A stretch of 63,857 nucleotides of DNA, counting the filler, from Octopus bimaculoides (taxonomy: Eukaryota), in NCBI RefSeq assembly GCF_001194135.2. It is 7 parts of 6 records of this genome, joined end to end, with 100 filler letters (N's around TTAATTAATTAA, not from the genome) between each part and the next. Parts side by side here need not be neighbours in the genome. Positions count along the whole stretch, not along the records: positions 30,917 to 45,516 come from NC_068991.1; positions 45,617 to 50,157 come from NC_068981.1; 5 more parts are not named here. The stretch is one strand, 5' to 3'. Under the pieces are notes generated by a model. That model did no database searches. It saw only the letters and a list, made by a program, of their open reading frames with translations, and was not told the origin of the DNA. Made by a program: the position numbers and the translations under genes. Of the stretch, positions 36,465 to 50,157 are shown in pieces. Position 1 is the first letter of the stretch. Each line of letters opens with the position of its first letter.

Positions 36465-38104
36465 TATAATTTGTTACATAATCTCTATAATAAACATGAT
36501 ATCAAAATGGAATAATTCCCCGTTTGAAGGTTTTAATTACATATATATATGTGGGGGGGTGTATGTGTGTGGTAGAAATCTACAGATGCACAAACGCACA
36601 AAACGGAGAAAATGAAGCAAATATGGACGACTTGTTCAGAAACACCCGCGAGTGGGGAACAGTTCTCAAAAATATCCCCCAATTGTTTTCGCCAAAAATT
36701 TGTTTTCAGAATCTACATAGTCCAAGGTATATTTGTAGAGAATTTCATTAAAAAATATCCATTTTCTTGAAAGTTAAGACGAATTTAAGTGGACTCCGGT
36801 GAATTTTCAGAAATTCCCCACCCAGCCCCTCCTAAAAACTTTTCCCCCTCAAAAAGAAATTTCATATATTCGGAATCTTCATGATATAACACTTATTCAA
36901 AGATAATTTCNNNNNNNNNNNNNNNNNNNNNNNNNNNNNNNNNNNNNNNNNNNNNNNNNNNNNNNNNNNNNNNNNNNNNNNNNNNNNNNNNNNNNNNNNN
37001 NNNNNNNNNNNNNNNNNNNNNNNNNNNNNNNNNNNNNNNNNNNNNNNNNNNNNNNNNNNNNNNNNNNNNNNNNNNNNNNNNNNNNNNNNNNNNNNNNNNN
37101 NNNNNNNNNNNNNNNNNNNNNNNNNNNNNNNNNNNNNNNNNNNNNNNNNNNNNNNNNNNNNNNNNNNNNNNNNNNNNNNNNNNNNNNNNNNNNNNNNNNN
37201 NNNNNNNNNNNNNNNNNNNNNNNNNNNNNNNNNNNNNNNNNNNNNNNNNNNNNNNNNNNNNNNNNNNNNNNNNNNNNNNNNNNNNNNNNNNNNNNNNNNN
37301 NNNNNNNNNNNNNNNNNNNNNNNNNNNNNNNNNNNNNNNNNNNNNNNNNNNNNNNNNNNNNNNNNNNNNNNNNNNNNNNNNNNNNNNNNNNNNNNNNNNN
37401 NNNNNNNNNNNNNNNNNNNNNNNNNNNNNNNNNNNNNNNNNNNNNNNNNNNNNNNNNNNNNNNNNNNNNNNNNNNNNNNNNNNNNNNNNNNNNNNNNNNN
37501 NNNNNNNNNNNNNNNNNNNNNNNNNNNNNNNNNNNNNNNNNNNNNNNNNNNNNNNNNNNNNNNNNNNNNNNNNNNNNNNNNNNNNNNNNNNNNNNNNNNN
37601 NNNNNNNNNNNNNNNTATATATATATATATTACATATAATAAAACACAATGTATGTGTCGTCTGTCACCGTGGGTGAAGAAGAGTAAAACAGCAAACGGA
37701 GAGGAAGTGAGTCAGACACGCTTAAAGCAGGCGAGCTGTGCTACAAAGATTTTGCTTTGAAGACGCTGGTATTCTGATCAAAATAAAAGTGAAAATTTAT
37801 ATTGTAAATTGTTTTTAGTTTATCTGTTTCACATATTCATGTGAGTATATATATGAAATTAAATATGAGTTTGAAGCAGACAACAATAAAAAAATAGATG
37901 AATAAGGGGAGAGACATAAGCACAACATGTAAACATGTACACACATGCATGCATATACACCTATACATACGCATATGTGCATTATGTATGTGTGTATAAC
38001 TGTCTATACATGTTTACATGTGCGTATGTTTATGCTCTCCCCCTTATTCATCTATTTTATTACTCTTGTATGCTTCAGACTCATATTTAATTTGATTCGA
38101 TTCT

Positions 38105-38532
38105 TGTTGTGGAAGGATTCCGACCACCCGCCAAGTGACTAAAGGTGGAGTGACTCATTGTTATAAATTAAAGAACAGTGAGCGCTTGGCAGTTCGGGTT
38201 GGTAAACAGTTCAATGTGAGCCGTGATTGAGAGCGTTCAGTCTCGTGTAACAATAATAGTAGCGCGTCGTTGTTGTAATCAGGGTCACGACGCCTCTTTA
38301 CGAGAAATAGACTGGACCGGGCGATTATAAATAGTAGCAGTCGGAGTGAAGTTTCTGTATTAGTTCGAGTTGCGTTCGCAGTGAAGGCAGGTTAATTCGC
38401 TTGGAATATTCATTGTTGGTTCGTGAAGAGATTGTCGGGTCGTTACGTTGTTATTATGGTTGCATCGTTATCTCGTTTACTGTTACACCACTAGTACAGT
38501 GTATCTAAACCATCCGTCACAATATCGTAACA
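38105..38532 (+). repeat. Gypsy 5' LTR
   Basis: Starts TGTTGTGG, ends ...CA before a degenerate PBS; its 5' part matches 45201-45325. Confidence 0.8.
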
Positions 38533-41500
38533 GTACCACGACGTTGGAGACGGAGGATACAACATCTGGCTATGAGGGTTTCGAAACTCACGTAGGTTAT
38601 TTAACAACTTGTTCGTGACACAACTTTTTAAATGCTGGAAGAGATATTAGCTTCTATGATACAGTTGCAAAAGCAAGAACAGGAACAGGAGTTGCAGAAG
38701 CAACTAGTACAGCAACAACTACAACAGCAAAATTATTGGAGCTATACCCAAAGTCCGAAAATGCGGTAAGTTCGTTTTCGCCAGATGGTGTATGGAACGC
38801 CATAACAGAATTCAGTTATAACCTAGAGGTGGGTATAACTTTTGCAGCGAACTACAGAAGATACGGAGAGATTTTTAGAGGAGGTTGCAAGACATGGTCG
38901 AGCAAAGAAAAAGTAAGGTTATTATTACGTAAATTAGCTCCGGCTAAGCTTGGACGATACTGTAATTTTATATTGCCCAAAATGTCTAGTGAAATTTGTT
39001 TTCAGGAAACAATCAAATTACTGTCGATCATGCTTGGTTATAAAACTTCTATTTAACACTCAAATAGGGTGTTAGAATTTAACTAAAAAAGATGATGAAT
39101 TTATTACGTATAGAGGATCAGGCAACAGAATGTGTGAAAGTTTTAAACAAAGAACTTATTCCCGGGATGCTTGAGTGCCACAATTTTGTACAAGGCCTTA
39201 CAGCAAATGAAGATACAGAAATATGGGCAAGAATTCTTTCAAAACTTGAACAAGCGAACCAAGGTTTAACTCTGAGAATCTATAACCAAAGAAGGTTAGG
39301 TCCTAATCCATGTTACGGAAGTGGAGACCTACATTTCAGAAAATATTGCCCTTTTAAAAACCAAAAATGATACAGTTGTTAAAAATTTGGACACAAGGGT
39401 TCACACTGCAGAACAAAAGGACGAAGGCCAAATGTAAAAAATTCTAAAGTGCTCTCGGCAATAAGTAAAATCGATTCCTAAATAAAGAAATTTGTACACG
39501 TAAAAGGAGTAAATATTAAATTACAACTAGATACTAGTAGTGACATTTCAATCATTAACACCGACACGTGGAAGAAAATAGGGAAGCCTATGTAAGAAAG
39601 ACAGCAAAAACTGCACGTGGCATGACCGGTGACAAATTACACTCTGTAGATGAAATGTGGAATGATATATTTCAAAGAAAATCTTACAAGGCGAAAGTTT
39701 TCGTTGTAAAGAAAACCACTAATCTGTTTGGTACCGACTGGTTGCAGTTGTTTTACTAATGGGATCTCCCAATATTGTAAAAAATTAAATGGCTGCCCCC
39801 ACCAGTGAAAATAACTCCGCAACTAAATTGAAGAAAAAATTATTTAAAAACATTGTGTAATGTTATTCACGAACTGCGATGACAGCTTATGATATAAAAA
39901 TGAAGTCCGCAGAATTACAAGAATGAAAGGGATGTTGAAAAATAAAAAAATTAAAATACAAATTCGGATAATTTTTCGCTATGCGACGATGTTTTAATGT
40001 ACTCACAAACAGTGGTAGTACCAACTGCACTACAGCATCGAATATTATAGGAATTCCACAGTAGACACTCGGGAATGTCGAGAATGAAAGCCTTAATGAG
40101 GAGCTATGTATACTGGCCGACAATGGACCAGGATATTAAAAATTGTGTAAAATCATGTAGAGATCGTGCGCTTGCAGTCAAAGTACCACCAGTGAAATAC
40201 CAATCGTGGCCTGAGACAGATAGTCCGTGGTGCAGGGTATATATCGAGTACGCTGGACTGGTAAACGGCGCATACTATCTAATCGTTCTTGATAGTAGTA
40301 CAAAGTGGCTAGAGGTATGCAGGTGCAATAAACCAACCGCAAAGACAACGTTAAAGTTCCTGTATGAATTATTTGCCCGATACGGTGTTCCAGACACGTT
40401 AGTATCAGATAATGGAACACAATTTACGGGTCATGAATTCTAAAATTTTTGCAAAATACATGCAATAAAAGTGGCGACGAGTTGTTCCAACCTTGCGTTG
40501 AACGTTTAATTTTTTTTTGTTTTGTTTTTTTGTACGAAACCAAAGAAAAAATCGTTTAACATGGAGATTGTATTGGCCTCCGTGGTACAGTTGCAACAGC
40601 AACAACAACTGCAGCTACTGCAGCAGCAACTACAACAGCAATAGCTGGAATTAGTGTTGAAGAAGTCTGAAAATACTTCAGGTTCGTACTCGCCAGACAG
40701 CGTAGCAAACGCAATTGAAGAATTCAGCTATAATCCAGAAGAAAGGATTAATTTCTCTGAATATTTTTGAAGGTACGAAGAAATCTTCAAAGAAGAGTGT
40801 AAGAGTTGGTCCGACGAGAAAAAGTACGACTACTTTTAAGAAAGATATCCTCTGCCGAAAACGAAAATTATAGAAATTATCCTCTGCCGAAAACGAAAAT
40901 GACAGTAATTATATTCTGCCGAAGAAACCAGGTGAGATTTGTTTCGATGAAATATTTAATATTTTACCGAAACTTTTTGGTGAAAGAAGTTCTCTTTTCA
41001 ATACTCGCTGGCAATTTTCAAATTTGGTCAAAAAATATTATGAAGATTTCGTCACCTATCCCGAAGTGGTTAACAGAGAGTGTGAGAATTTCAAATTGAA
41101 TGAGTTGACTCTGGACATGTTCAAGTCCTTAATTTTTGTTCAATTTTTACTGCAAGCAAAGATGCAGGTATACGTGAAGGATATTAACAAAATTAGAACA
41201 GAACCAAAATTCAACTTTACAAGCAGTATCAGAAGAATGTCAGAGGATTATTAATCTAAGACATGACGCAAATACAGTTGACGAGAAAGATTGCTCCCTG
41301 ATTCAAGCGTATCGACCGATAACGAATAAGGAACAAGAGAAGAAATATCAAGAACGAATCCATATTACGGGTGTGTTGGTCTACATTTAGAAAATAAATG
41401 TCCGTTTAAAAATATAAAATGCTTAAAGTGTAGCATTGAAGGACAGAACCTAAAAAGAACGGTTTGTTGTAAAGCAGTCTTTTGCCACTGTTGTATCTAT

Positions 41501-41645
41501 CTTTTGACGACGGTTGTCGCTCGGACAGATATTGTTACATTCCGAAGTCGTCGACAGAATGGTTCTATCTGGCACCCCCTGTCGTAAAGTGTCTTTATCC
41601 TCAAAAGGTTGGAGCGTTATAACGTCCACTCAGTATCACAGTATA

Positions 41646-42031
41646 GTGGAGGCAATGGACCAGTGGTTAGGGCAGCAGATTCGCGGTCGTGGGATCACGG
41701 TTTCGATTTCCAAACCGGGCGCTGTGAGTGTTTATTGAGCGAAAACACCTAAAGCTCCACAAGGCTCCAGCAGTGGTGGGGTGGCGAACCCTGCTGTACT
41801 CTTTCTCCACAACTTTCTCTCACTCTTCCTTTCTGTTTCTTTTGTACCTGTATTTCAAAGGGCCAGCCTTGTCATACTCTGTGTCACGTTGAATCTCCCC
41901 CCGAGAACTACGTTAAGGGTACAAGTGTCTGTGGAATGCTCAACCACTTGCACGTTATTTTCACGAGCAGGCTGTTCCGTTGATCTGATCAACTGGAACC
42001 CTCGTCATCGTAACCGACAGTGTGCCACAAC
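41646..42031 (+). mobile_element. SINE family C, 11-bp TSD, nested in Gypsy
   Basis: Near-identical to 24954; TSD ATCACAGTATA at 41635-41645 and 42032-42042. Confidence 0.95.
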
Positions 42032-45000
42032 ATCACAGTATAATTAGTATTATCAGCACAGACTCGACTATCAACACAGTCTATACGTACTTTCGACCTT
42101 TTGGACCTTCGACTTTCTTCTGTCGACCGGCTACTGGTCTAGTTATAATAGCTGGCTACTACCAATTTTGCCCGAGCGGTAAACAACACGGTTCAACAGG
42201 AAAAAATCACGTAAATAGGTTATTGGTGACAAAAAATACGCACCAGTTTCAAAGGAAATTTGAATATGTAAATATTAATAGCATAAAGGTAAGTTACAAT
42301 TGGATACAGGCAACGATATCTCGATAATAAACACATGTACATGGAAAAAATCGGGAGACCTAGATTAAATGAAACTTCAAAAATTGCCCGTGGTGTTTCA
42401 GGAAAAAAGATATATATTTTAAGGCTGAAATGATATGTGACATTACATTTCGTGAAAAAAAACTTTAAACGCTTTTGTGTTAAATAATACTATAAATTTA
42501 TTCGGAACTGGCTGGATAGAATTATTTAACTTATGGGCCCTCCCAATAATTTTTTTTCTGTCAAAATGTCAATGGTTTTTCCTCCAGTACAAATAAGTCG
42601 TCAGAGGGATTTTTAAAAAAAATTTAATATTTTTCCTGAAGTTCTAGCTGATAAATTAGGTCTGTACACTAAAACGAAGGCGCAGTTTCAAATCAAAGAA
42701 AACGCTATACCGACAAAAACGAACTTTACCGTTCGCAGCGTTAGAACAAATAAACTTTGAGTTAGACTAGAAAAAATTGGAGTTATCCAAAAAGTGGAAT
42801 ATAATCAATGGGCATCACCACCAACTGTGTACGTTAAGAAAACGAATGATAAAATCAGACTGTGCTAATTTTTCCAATGGTTCAAATAAATGTCTTAAAA
42901 CGTGCCACTATCCGCTACCTACTCCGGAGCATATAAGTGGATCTCTCTGACGCGTACCTACAAATTAGAGTAGATGATGAATGTTCTAAATAACTAACAA
43001 TTAGCACACATAAAGGACTATAAATATAAGAGGTTACCATTTGACTTGTAAGTCGCACCAGCGATTTTCTACAGATTATGGATGCAATGTTAGTGAACTG
43101 TGAATTCGCAATTCCATATATGGATGATATACTCATTAAAAGCGAATCCAGGGATCAATACGTACAGGACGTAAAATATATGTTTGGAAAAAAATAGGGG
43201 TTACGATTTTACTTTGAGTGAAGAAAAGTGTGAATTTTTCTTACCGAAAATAATATATTTAGGACAAATTATTGACAGAAGTGGACTTCGAACAGACCCT
43301 TCGATGGCAGATGCAATTAAAAATATGCCGCGTCCACAAACATAGCAGCCTTACAAGCATTTTTAGGACTGGCAAACTATTATCAAAATTATATTCCAAA
43401 TATGCATAAGGTGAGGATTCCACTGAATAATCTGCTGAAAAAAAGATATGAAATGAAATTGGTCGGAAAGATTGTCAAAATGCGTTTAAAAAAATTTTTA
43501 AATATTAACATCTAATTTTTAATAGCAAACTTCGATCTTGAAGCGGAGATTGATGTAGTTTCAGATGCTTCTGAGTGCGGTATAAGAGCAGAAACGTGAA
43601 GACGTTGATTCATGCTTCACGTTCTCTGATATCACTAGAGAAAAATTATAGCCAAATCGAAAAAGAAGCTCTAGCGATTATTTTTGCCGTAAAAAAATTT
43701 CACAAACTTTTACCCCGTAGAAGTTTTCGTCTACAGACTGATCATCGTCCATTATTATCAATATTTGAGTCAAAGAAAGGAATCTCTACCCATACTGCTA
43801 ATAGGTTGCAAAGCTAGGGTACGATATTATTAAACTATGATTTCAAGATGGAGAAATTAGGTCGCCTAGATGGTTTATCAAGACTGATTTCGAAGAATGC
43901 AGAAACATTTGAAGATACCGTGATTGATGTTTTGTGTAACGTCATTTGTGAACTGCTAGACATAAAATCAAAAAGCGAAAACGATAAATTCATTATAAAA
44001 ATGAAAAAAATACTGAGATAAAAATATGCGCAACACAAATGCGAACTATTTCTCACTGTGTGATAATGTGTCGATGTACGCACAGAGTCGTAGTGCCAGC
44101 CACACTACAAAAGCGATTATTAAAGGAATTTCATATTGTTTACTCGGGGATTTCGAGAATGAAATCGTAAATGAGAAGTTATATATATTGGTCAACAATG
44201 GACCGTGATTTTGAAGAATCAGTGAAAGCATGCAGAGGGTGTGCCTTAGCTGCAAGAACGCCTACCACTAAATGCAACCGTGGTCAAAATTTTATGTTCC
44301 ATGGGTTAGACTGCGTGTTGATTACGCATATCCACTTTAAGGTTCATATTACCTTGTCGTGCAGTTTTCAAAGTGACCGGAAGTGTATAAATGTAACAAA
44401 GCCTACATCTGCGGTTACAGTAAGCTTTTTAGACGAATTGTTCGCCTGGTATATTATTCATAATACCATCGTGTCTGATAATAGAACTCAGTTTACATCC
44501 AACGAGTTCAGAAAATTTTGTAAAACGTTCGTCATCAAACATGTCACCACTCCAACCTATCATCCTAGGTCAAATGGACAAGCGAGGCGTTTTACTGACA
44601 CTTTCAAGAGGACATTGGAAAGGTGAATAATGAAGTGATGGACGATTTTGCCCTCCAACAACTTCTAAGAACGTACCGAGTAACACCTAATTCGATTACA
44701 GCGTCGGAAATGTCACCTGCAGAACTGATGCTTGCTTGAAAGATCAGATCCGTTTTTGATAAGCTGATACCAAGTGAAAATTTTTTAAAAAGACGAACAA
44801 CAAAAATACTTTAAAATTTTTCAAGTTGGGTGACAAAGTTTGATTTAAAACCTATAAATATGGTAAAGAAAGCTGGGAGGACGGTGTAATTATTAAACAA
44901 TTGGAAGAATGTTATTCCTGGTAAAAGGGAAAATGTCGAACATAAAAGACATATTAACCAACTTCAAAAAAAGATTCTTGGAGAAAACAGTTACAAGAAA

Positions 45001-45200
45001 TGAAATCCCCATGGAAATATGATACGACACGTTTGCAGTATCAACACCTAAGCAATTTGAAAATACACTTTCTAGCACCAGAAAATGGGAAAGAGCGGAA
45101 ACACTGGAATTGAACTCCAAGCGTAAGAGATATTAAATCTCTGAGCAGAGTTCAATTCTCAAAAGGGCAGAAGATAGGCGAGACTGATTATAAAAAGAGA

Positions 45201-45325
45201 TGTTGTGGAAGGATTCTGACCACTACCCAAGTGATTAAAGGTGGACTGACTCATTGTTATAAATTAAAGAACTGTGAGCTATTGGAAGTTCGGGTTGGTA
45301 AGCAGTTCACTGTGAGCTGTGATTG
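45201..45325 (+). repeat. Gypsy 3' LTR, truncated by a SINE A tail fragment and a gap
   Basis: Preceded by purine tract AAAAAGAGA; roughly 85-90% similar to 38105 onward. Confidence 0.85.
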
Positions 45326-45616
45326 ATTTTCTTTTATTTCCTAATAAATAGGATACATAGAGGGGACGAACTAGGACAGACAAGGGGGAACATATAGATC
45401 GTTGAGCCTTTTTACAGATGATTTAACGAATGATTTTAACATGAGAATAATATATTATAATGTGATGATGTTATTGTTTTTAAAAATTGGATTACTTTTG
45501 GGTTGGGGAGTGTCCCNNNNNNNNNNNNNNNNNNNNNNNNNNNNNNNNNNNNNNNNNNNNTTAATTAATTAANNNNNNNNNNNNNNNNNNNNNNNNNNNN
45601 NNNNNNNNNNNNNNNN

Positions 45617-45900
45617 AAACAATTCCTATCATAGTAGGTGCCTTAGGTATAATAAAAAAATATTCAGACAAATACATAACAAAAATAGCAGGACTTACAA
45701 ATATATATAACATACAGAAAATTGCACTACTGGGTACTGCACACATTCTACGCAAAACACTTTCAATACAGTAAACATAAGAGCACCACAGCAAACCACA
45801 GCACATACCCAAGGCGCACAGAGCTGCGCTCGGTAGTGAAGTGAAAGCACGTTATAAAAATAAAACTACTGAACAATAATAATAATAATAATAATAATTA
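45617..45900 (+). mobile_element. 3' end of an R4/Dong-type RLE LINE with (AAT)n tail
   Basis: IPIIVGALGII...IQKIALLGTAHILRKTLSIQ* followed by a short UTR and (AAT)n. Confidence 0.85.
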
Positions 45901-45918
45901 TTATTATTATTATAGTAT

Positions 45919-45976
<58 letters not shown>

Positions 45977-45996
45977 TATAATAATAAACGAAACCC

Positions 45997-46027
<31 letters not shown>

Positions 46028-46039
46028 CGAAACCCTAAT

Positions 46040-46093
<54 letters not shown>

Positions 46094-46099
46094 CGAAAC

Positions 46100-46440
46100 C
46101 CATAGTAAGACGAATCAAAGCATAGAGAACGGCGGACGGATAATCATAAATACTATAAAATAGTGGGTTTATGAGTTATACATATACATTAATATGAAAC
46201 ACACCTCCAAAAGCATACAAAAATAAACTCTTACTGTAAATGCCTAACAAAATTAACAAAACATACAACATGTGCCATAGAAGACCGATACCCGACAGAA
46301 GAACACAACCTGCACTGCAAAACGACGTACAATATAAAAAACTAATACAACAGAAGACCCAAACCAAACCCCATAACAAAACGTACTGATACAATACAAT
46401 ATCCCCCATACCCCCAAAAATAAAATGCAGCACACCCCAC
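46100..46440 (+). mobile_element. Possible PLE RT-thumb remnant
   Basis: KINSYCKCLTKLTKHTTCAIEDR..EEHNLH...RRPKP...IQYP loosely resembles the PLE thumb region. Confidence 0.3.
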
Positions 46441-46444
46441 CCCA

Positions 46445-49400
46445 CCAGAACAAAGGTGCAACGAATGATGCAATAGAAAGTTGCTTGAACCTTTCTTATG
46501 TCGAAAAATAATAGCGTTGATGGCGATGGTGACGAAAGTTACCTTAACCCCGTTTATGAGACAGGAGTTTCCGAAGAAACTGTGGAGGTAACAGCAAAAA
46601 TGAAGCTGGACCTTTAAGGGAAAGCCTCTCGCTCGACCGTAGTTCAGTATAGATGCAGACTGAGCACACCTGTTATCCTAATACAGAATCCGCAGATAAT
46701 AGATCAAGGAGGAGGAAATGGTCTAGCGAAGAAAACAGGATAGTGATTCAGTGCTGCTTAGAAACTGAACCTAAAAGAAGGGACTATAGAAAACGGGCTT
46801 TAACACTTTGAGTTGAGAAGAGTATGTTTAGAGTGACTGAACAGAAATTATTTGATCGAGGTAATACTGTTAGGAGAAGAAAGTGGGTGACAGAAATTGA
46901 AATAAAAGAGATCACAAGAGAACTGGAGAAGAAAAACCAGGCAGTGGGAAAGACAAACAACAGCATAAGAGATACAGCTCAAACCGAAGAAGGAACTAAA
47001 GGAAAATTAATAGCACTAGCAATAAGGAAGGGACAACTGGCACCAACGACTTAAGTGATTTAAGTGAAGAAGATCAGAAGATTTTAGATGAGCTGCAGGA
47101 TGTAATGTGTAAAGAAGTAAGAAAAAGATTGCCAGCATTAAAAGGCACCAAGAGAAGAAAGCTTCTAGAAATGACTAGGAAAGTAGATTCTGTTATCGGT
47201 AGGATAGATACTAAAATATAGGAGACACTTATTGATCTATACACGAGGGGTAGTAGTTAACAGAAGATTAGATATCTTACAGAGAAAGATTAAGAAAGAG
47301 CAAATGTGGAAAAGGAGATTACAGAATAAAGTGAAGACTTTAAGACAAAATCTGAGTAGAATAGAAGCCTGAAAAACAAACAAGTTAGGAAACACAAGAT
47401 ACAAAACTTCCTTTGAGAAAAGATACTTAGTCAATGAGAAAAGATTTGGAACAGTATTAGAAGAGTTGAAACAGTGCATCATAGCACTAGCAGGTAAGAT
47501 CTTCAGATATCAGAAAAGAATAGATCAGTGTGAACAGAATAGCTTATTTGAGACAGACCAGAGGAAATTTTATAACCAAATAAATAGTGAAGAACGAAAT
47601 ACTGAAGATTAGAAACGTAATGTAGAAGGAGCTAGAAAGTTCTGGAGTAATGCTTGGGATAAGCCAGTCAATCATAATGTAGATACAGTATGAGGGAAGA
47701 AGTAGTGAGTGAGAAGCAGCCAGATCTAAGATTAACTAGTGCGTTAATTAGTAAAGTGTTAGGGAAAATGCCGAATTGGAAGGGCACAGGACCAGATTTT
47801 GTTCAAGGTTACTGGCTAAAGAAATTTAATAGTTTACATGGGGTGGGGGCTTAGGAAACAACTTGCAACTATAGATCAACTACTTGCTTACCATTAGTGT
47901 GGAAGCTGTTAACAGGAATGCTTTCAGAAAACATTTACGAGCTCCTTGACAACCAGAATATGGTACCAGAAGAAAAGAAATGTTGCAGGAAGAAGGCTAT
48001 AAGAACGCATGATCTACTATATATAGACAAAGTAGTTCTAAATGAAGAAAAAACTAGAAAGTAAAATCTAACAATAGCATAGATAGATTATAGGAATGCC
48101 TTTAACATGATCCTACACTCATGGATAAGTGAATGTTTGAGTGTATTCAGTATAGCAGAAAACATAAGAGAATTAGTTAGCTGTAGCATGAAGAAATGGA
48201 AAGTAGATCTATACTCAGGTGACACACTTTTTGGGAGTAATTTCACAGAAGGACACGTTGTCCCCTTTAATATTTGCTTTATGTTTGATCCTCTCCGTTT
48301 AGTATATAGGAAGGCAAAGGCAGGGTATCAGTTCAGAAATAGCAATGGAAAAATTATCCATTTGCTCTACATGGACGATCTGAAGTTTAGATTCTAAGAC
48401 TCCTTAGCAAAGATACAGGTATGGAATTTAGCATAGATAAGTGTGCAATATTAGTCAGGCGAAGAGGACAAGTGGTCAACAGCGAAGGCATCCAATTACC
48501 AGGTGGCCAAACATTAAAAGCATTGAAAGGATGAGATTTATAAGTATCTAGGAGTATGAGAATCTGACAGAGTACTAACTACAGAAATGGAAACTAAAAT
48601 TGAGAAGGAGTACACCAAAAGGGTGAGGAAGCTAATGAAGTCAATGCTAGATGATCCGAATCTAGTGAAGGCTGTAAATACCTGGGCAGCATCATTACTT
48701 AGATACTCAGCAGCTTTTGTAGATTGGACAAAAACTGAATTAGCAAAGCTAGACAGAAGAACTAGAAAGTTAATCAATATGAATGAAGGACTCCACACAA
48801 GGGCCGGAGTACGTAGAAAGGAAGGCGGAAGATTGTTAATATCAGTAGAAGACTGCATGGGTCAGCTACAGCAGATATAGACTCATATGTACGTAATACT
48901 AAAGAAAGTTTATTTAAAGCTGCTAGAGTCACAGCAAGATATAGGGAAACCAAAAACCCAAAAGAAAGTTAAAAACCAGAAAAAAGAATAGAAATTATCT
49001 GACTGGCTGGAGAAAGCATTGCATGGTAGATTCCCAAATAGCAGTAACGAGCAAATAGCAGTAGTGAGACATGGTTATGATTACAGAAAGGAAAGTTGAA
49101 GAGGGAGACAGAAAGTTTGTTAATAGCTGCACAAGATCAAGTATTAAGATCTAATTGGATAAAAGCCAAGATAGACAGAAACCAAGTAGATTCCTAATGT
49201 AGGTTATGCAAATTAAAAGAGGAAAGCGTTACTCATATAGTCAGTGAATGTAGCCTGCTGACACAGAAAGAATACAAGAAAATACATGACAATCTAGGGA
49301 GAGTAATCCATTGGGAGCTATGTAAAAAGCTAGGATTTGAACATACTAATAAATGGTATGGGCATGAACCTAGTAAAGTACTAGAAAGTAAGAAATGCAA

Positions 49401-49783
49401 GATGTTGAGGGACCTTAAAATTCAGACTGATACAAGGCCTGATTTGGCAGTAGTAGATAAAGACAGTAGAAATTTCGAGATAATTGATTTTACAGTCCCA
49501 AATGATGAAAAAAATTAATATGAGAGGTATAGAAAAAAAAAATAAAGAAACGACGATTAGATATTGAATTACAGAGACTATGGAAAGTGCGGATAAAATG
49601 TATCCCAGTAATTATAGGTGCATTGGGATCTATCACTAAAGATTTGAGCAGATGTACAGAGGAAATAGGCATGAAGCTAGTTTAGTACAATAGGGGGGTT
49701 CTTGGCTTCTAAGGCTACATGTTGTAGACCGATGTTATGGTTCTTTTCTTTTCCAACAGTCTAATCTGTTGAGAGCATATGAC

Positions 49784-49821
<38 letters not shown>
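46445..49821 (+). mobile_element. R4/Dong-type non-LTR retrotransposon (RT plus restriction-like endonuclease), near full length, decayed
   Basis: VTEQKLFDR; KMPNWKGTGPDFVQGYWLKKF; LLYMDDLK; NTWAASLLRYS; KRETESLLIAAQDQ; CRLC...HIVSEC; RPDLAVVD...IIDF; IIGALG; (AAT)n tail at 49783-49821. Confidence 0.92.
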
Positions 49822-49829
49822 GAACTACA

Positions 49830-50157
49830 TGATCTAAAAAATCAAATCATGATTGAATGGCTGAAAATTAAAGAAACTAGTATGAATGAACGCGACACTC
49901 TCCCCAAAATTCGCAATTCTAACCAAAACCTGAAAATAATTGGTAAAATCCGCCTTGCACTTAAGGATATAATTTCAGCTAATGATGTTGATATTACAGA
50001 TCTCAACCACCTGTACTATGCATCCGCAAGAATCTCAACGATTCTATGTGGTGAAAAGATTAGAAAAAGACAACACTCCCACAAAAAGCCTTCTTGGCAA
50101 GAACGCATTCAACACCAAATTAAGCTGCTTAGATCTGACATAGAATGTTTGAAAAAC
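49830..50157 (+). mobile_element. N-terminal fragment of another R4/Dong-type LINE (runs into gap)
   Basis: DLNHLYYASA...PSWQERIQHQIKLLRSDI is similar to the R4 pre-RT region (compare WKRRLQNKVKTLRQNL at about 47310). Confidence 0.7.

Larger units (their letters stand above)
38105..45325 (+). mobile_element. Compound Gypsy (Mag-like) LTR retrotransposon: internally deleted unit followed by a second gag-pol unit, decayed
   Basis: Unit 1: gag (about 38640), protease LDTSSDISII (about 39525), then directly SGMSRMKALMRSYVYW and integrase core. Unit 2: PBS TGGCGACGAG at 40472, gag, protease LQLDTGNDISII, RT PYMDDIL (about 43115), RNase H YSQIEKEALAIIFAVKKFH, integrase HPRSNGQA, PPT, 3' LTR. Confidence 0.92.
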
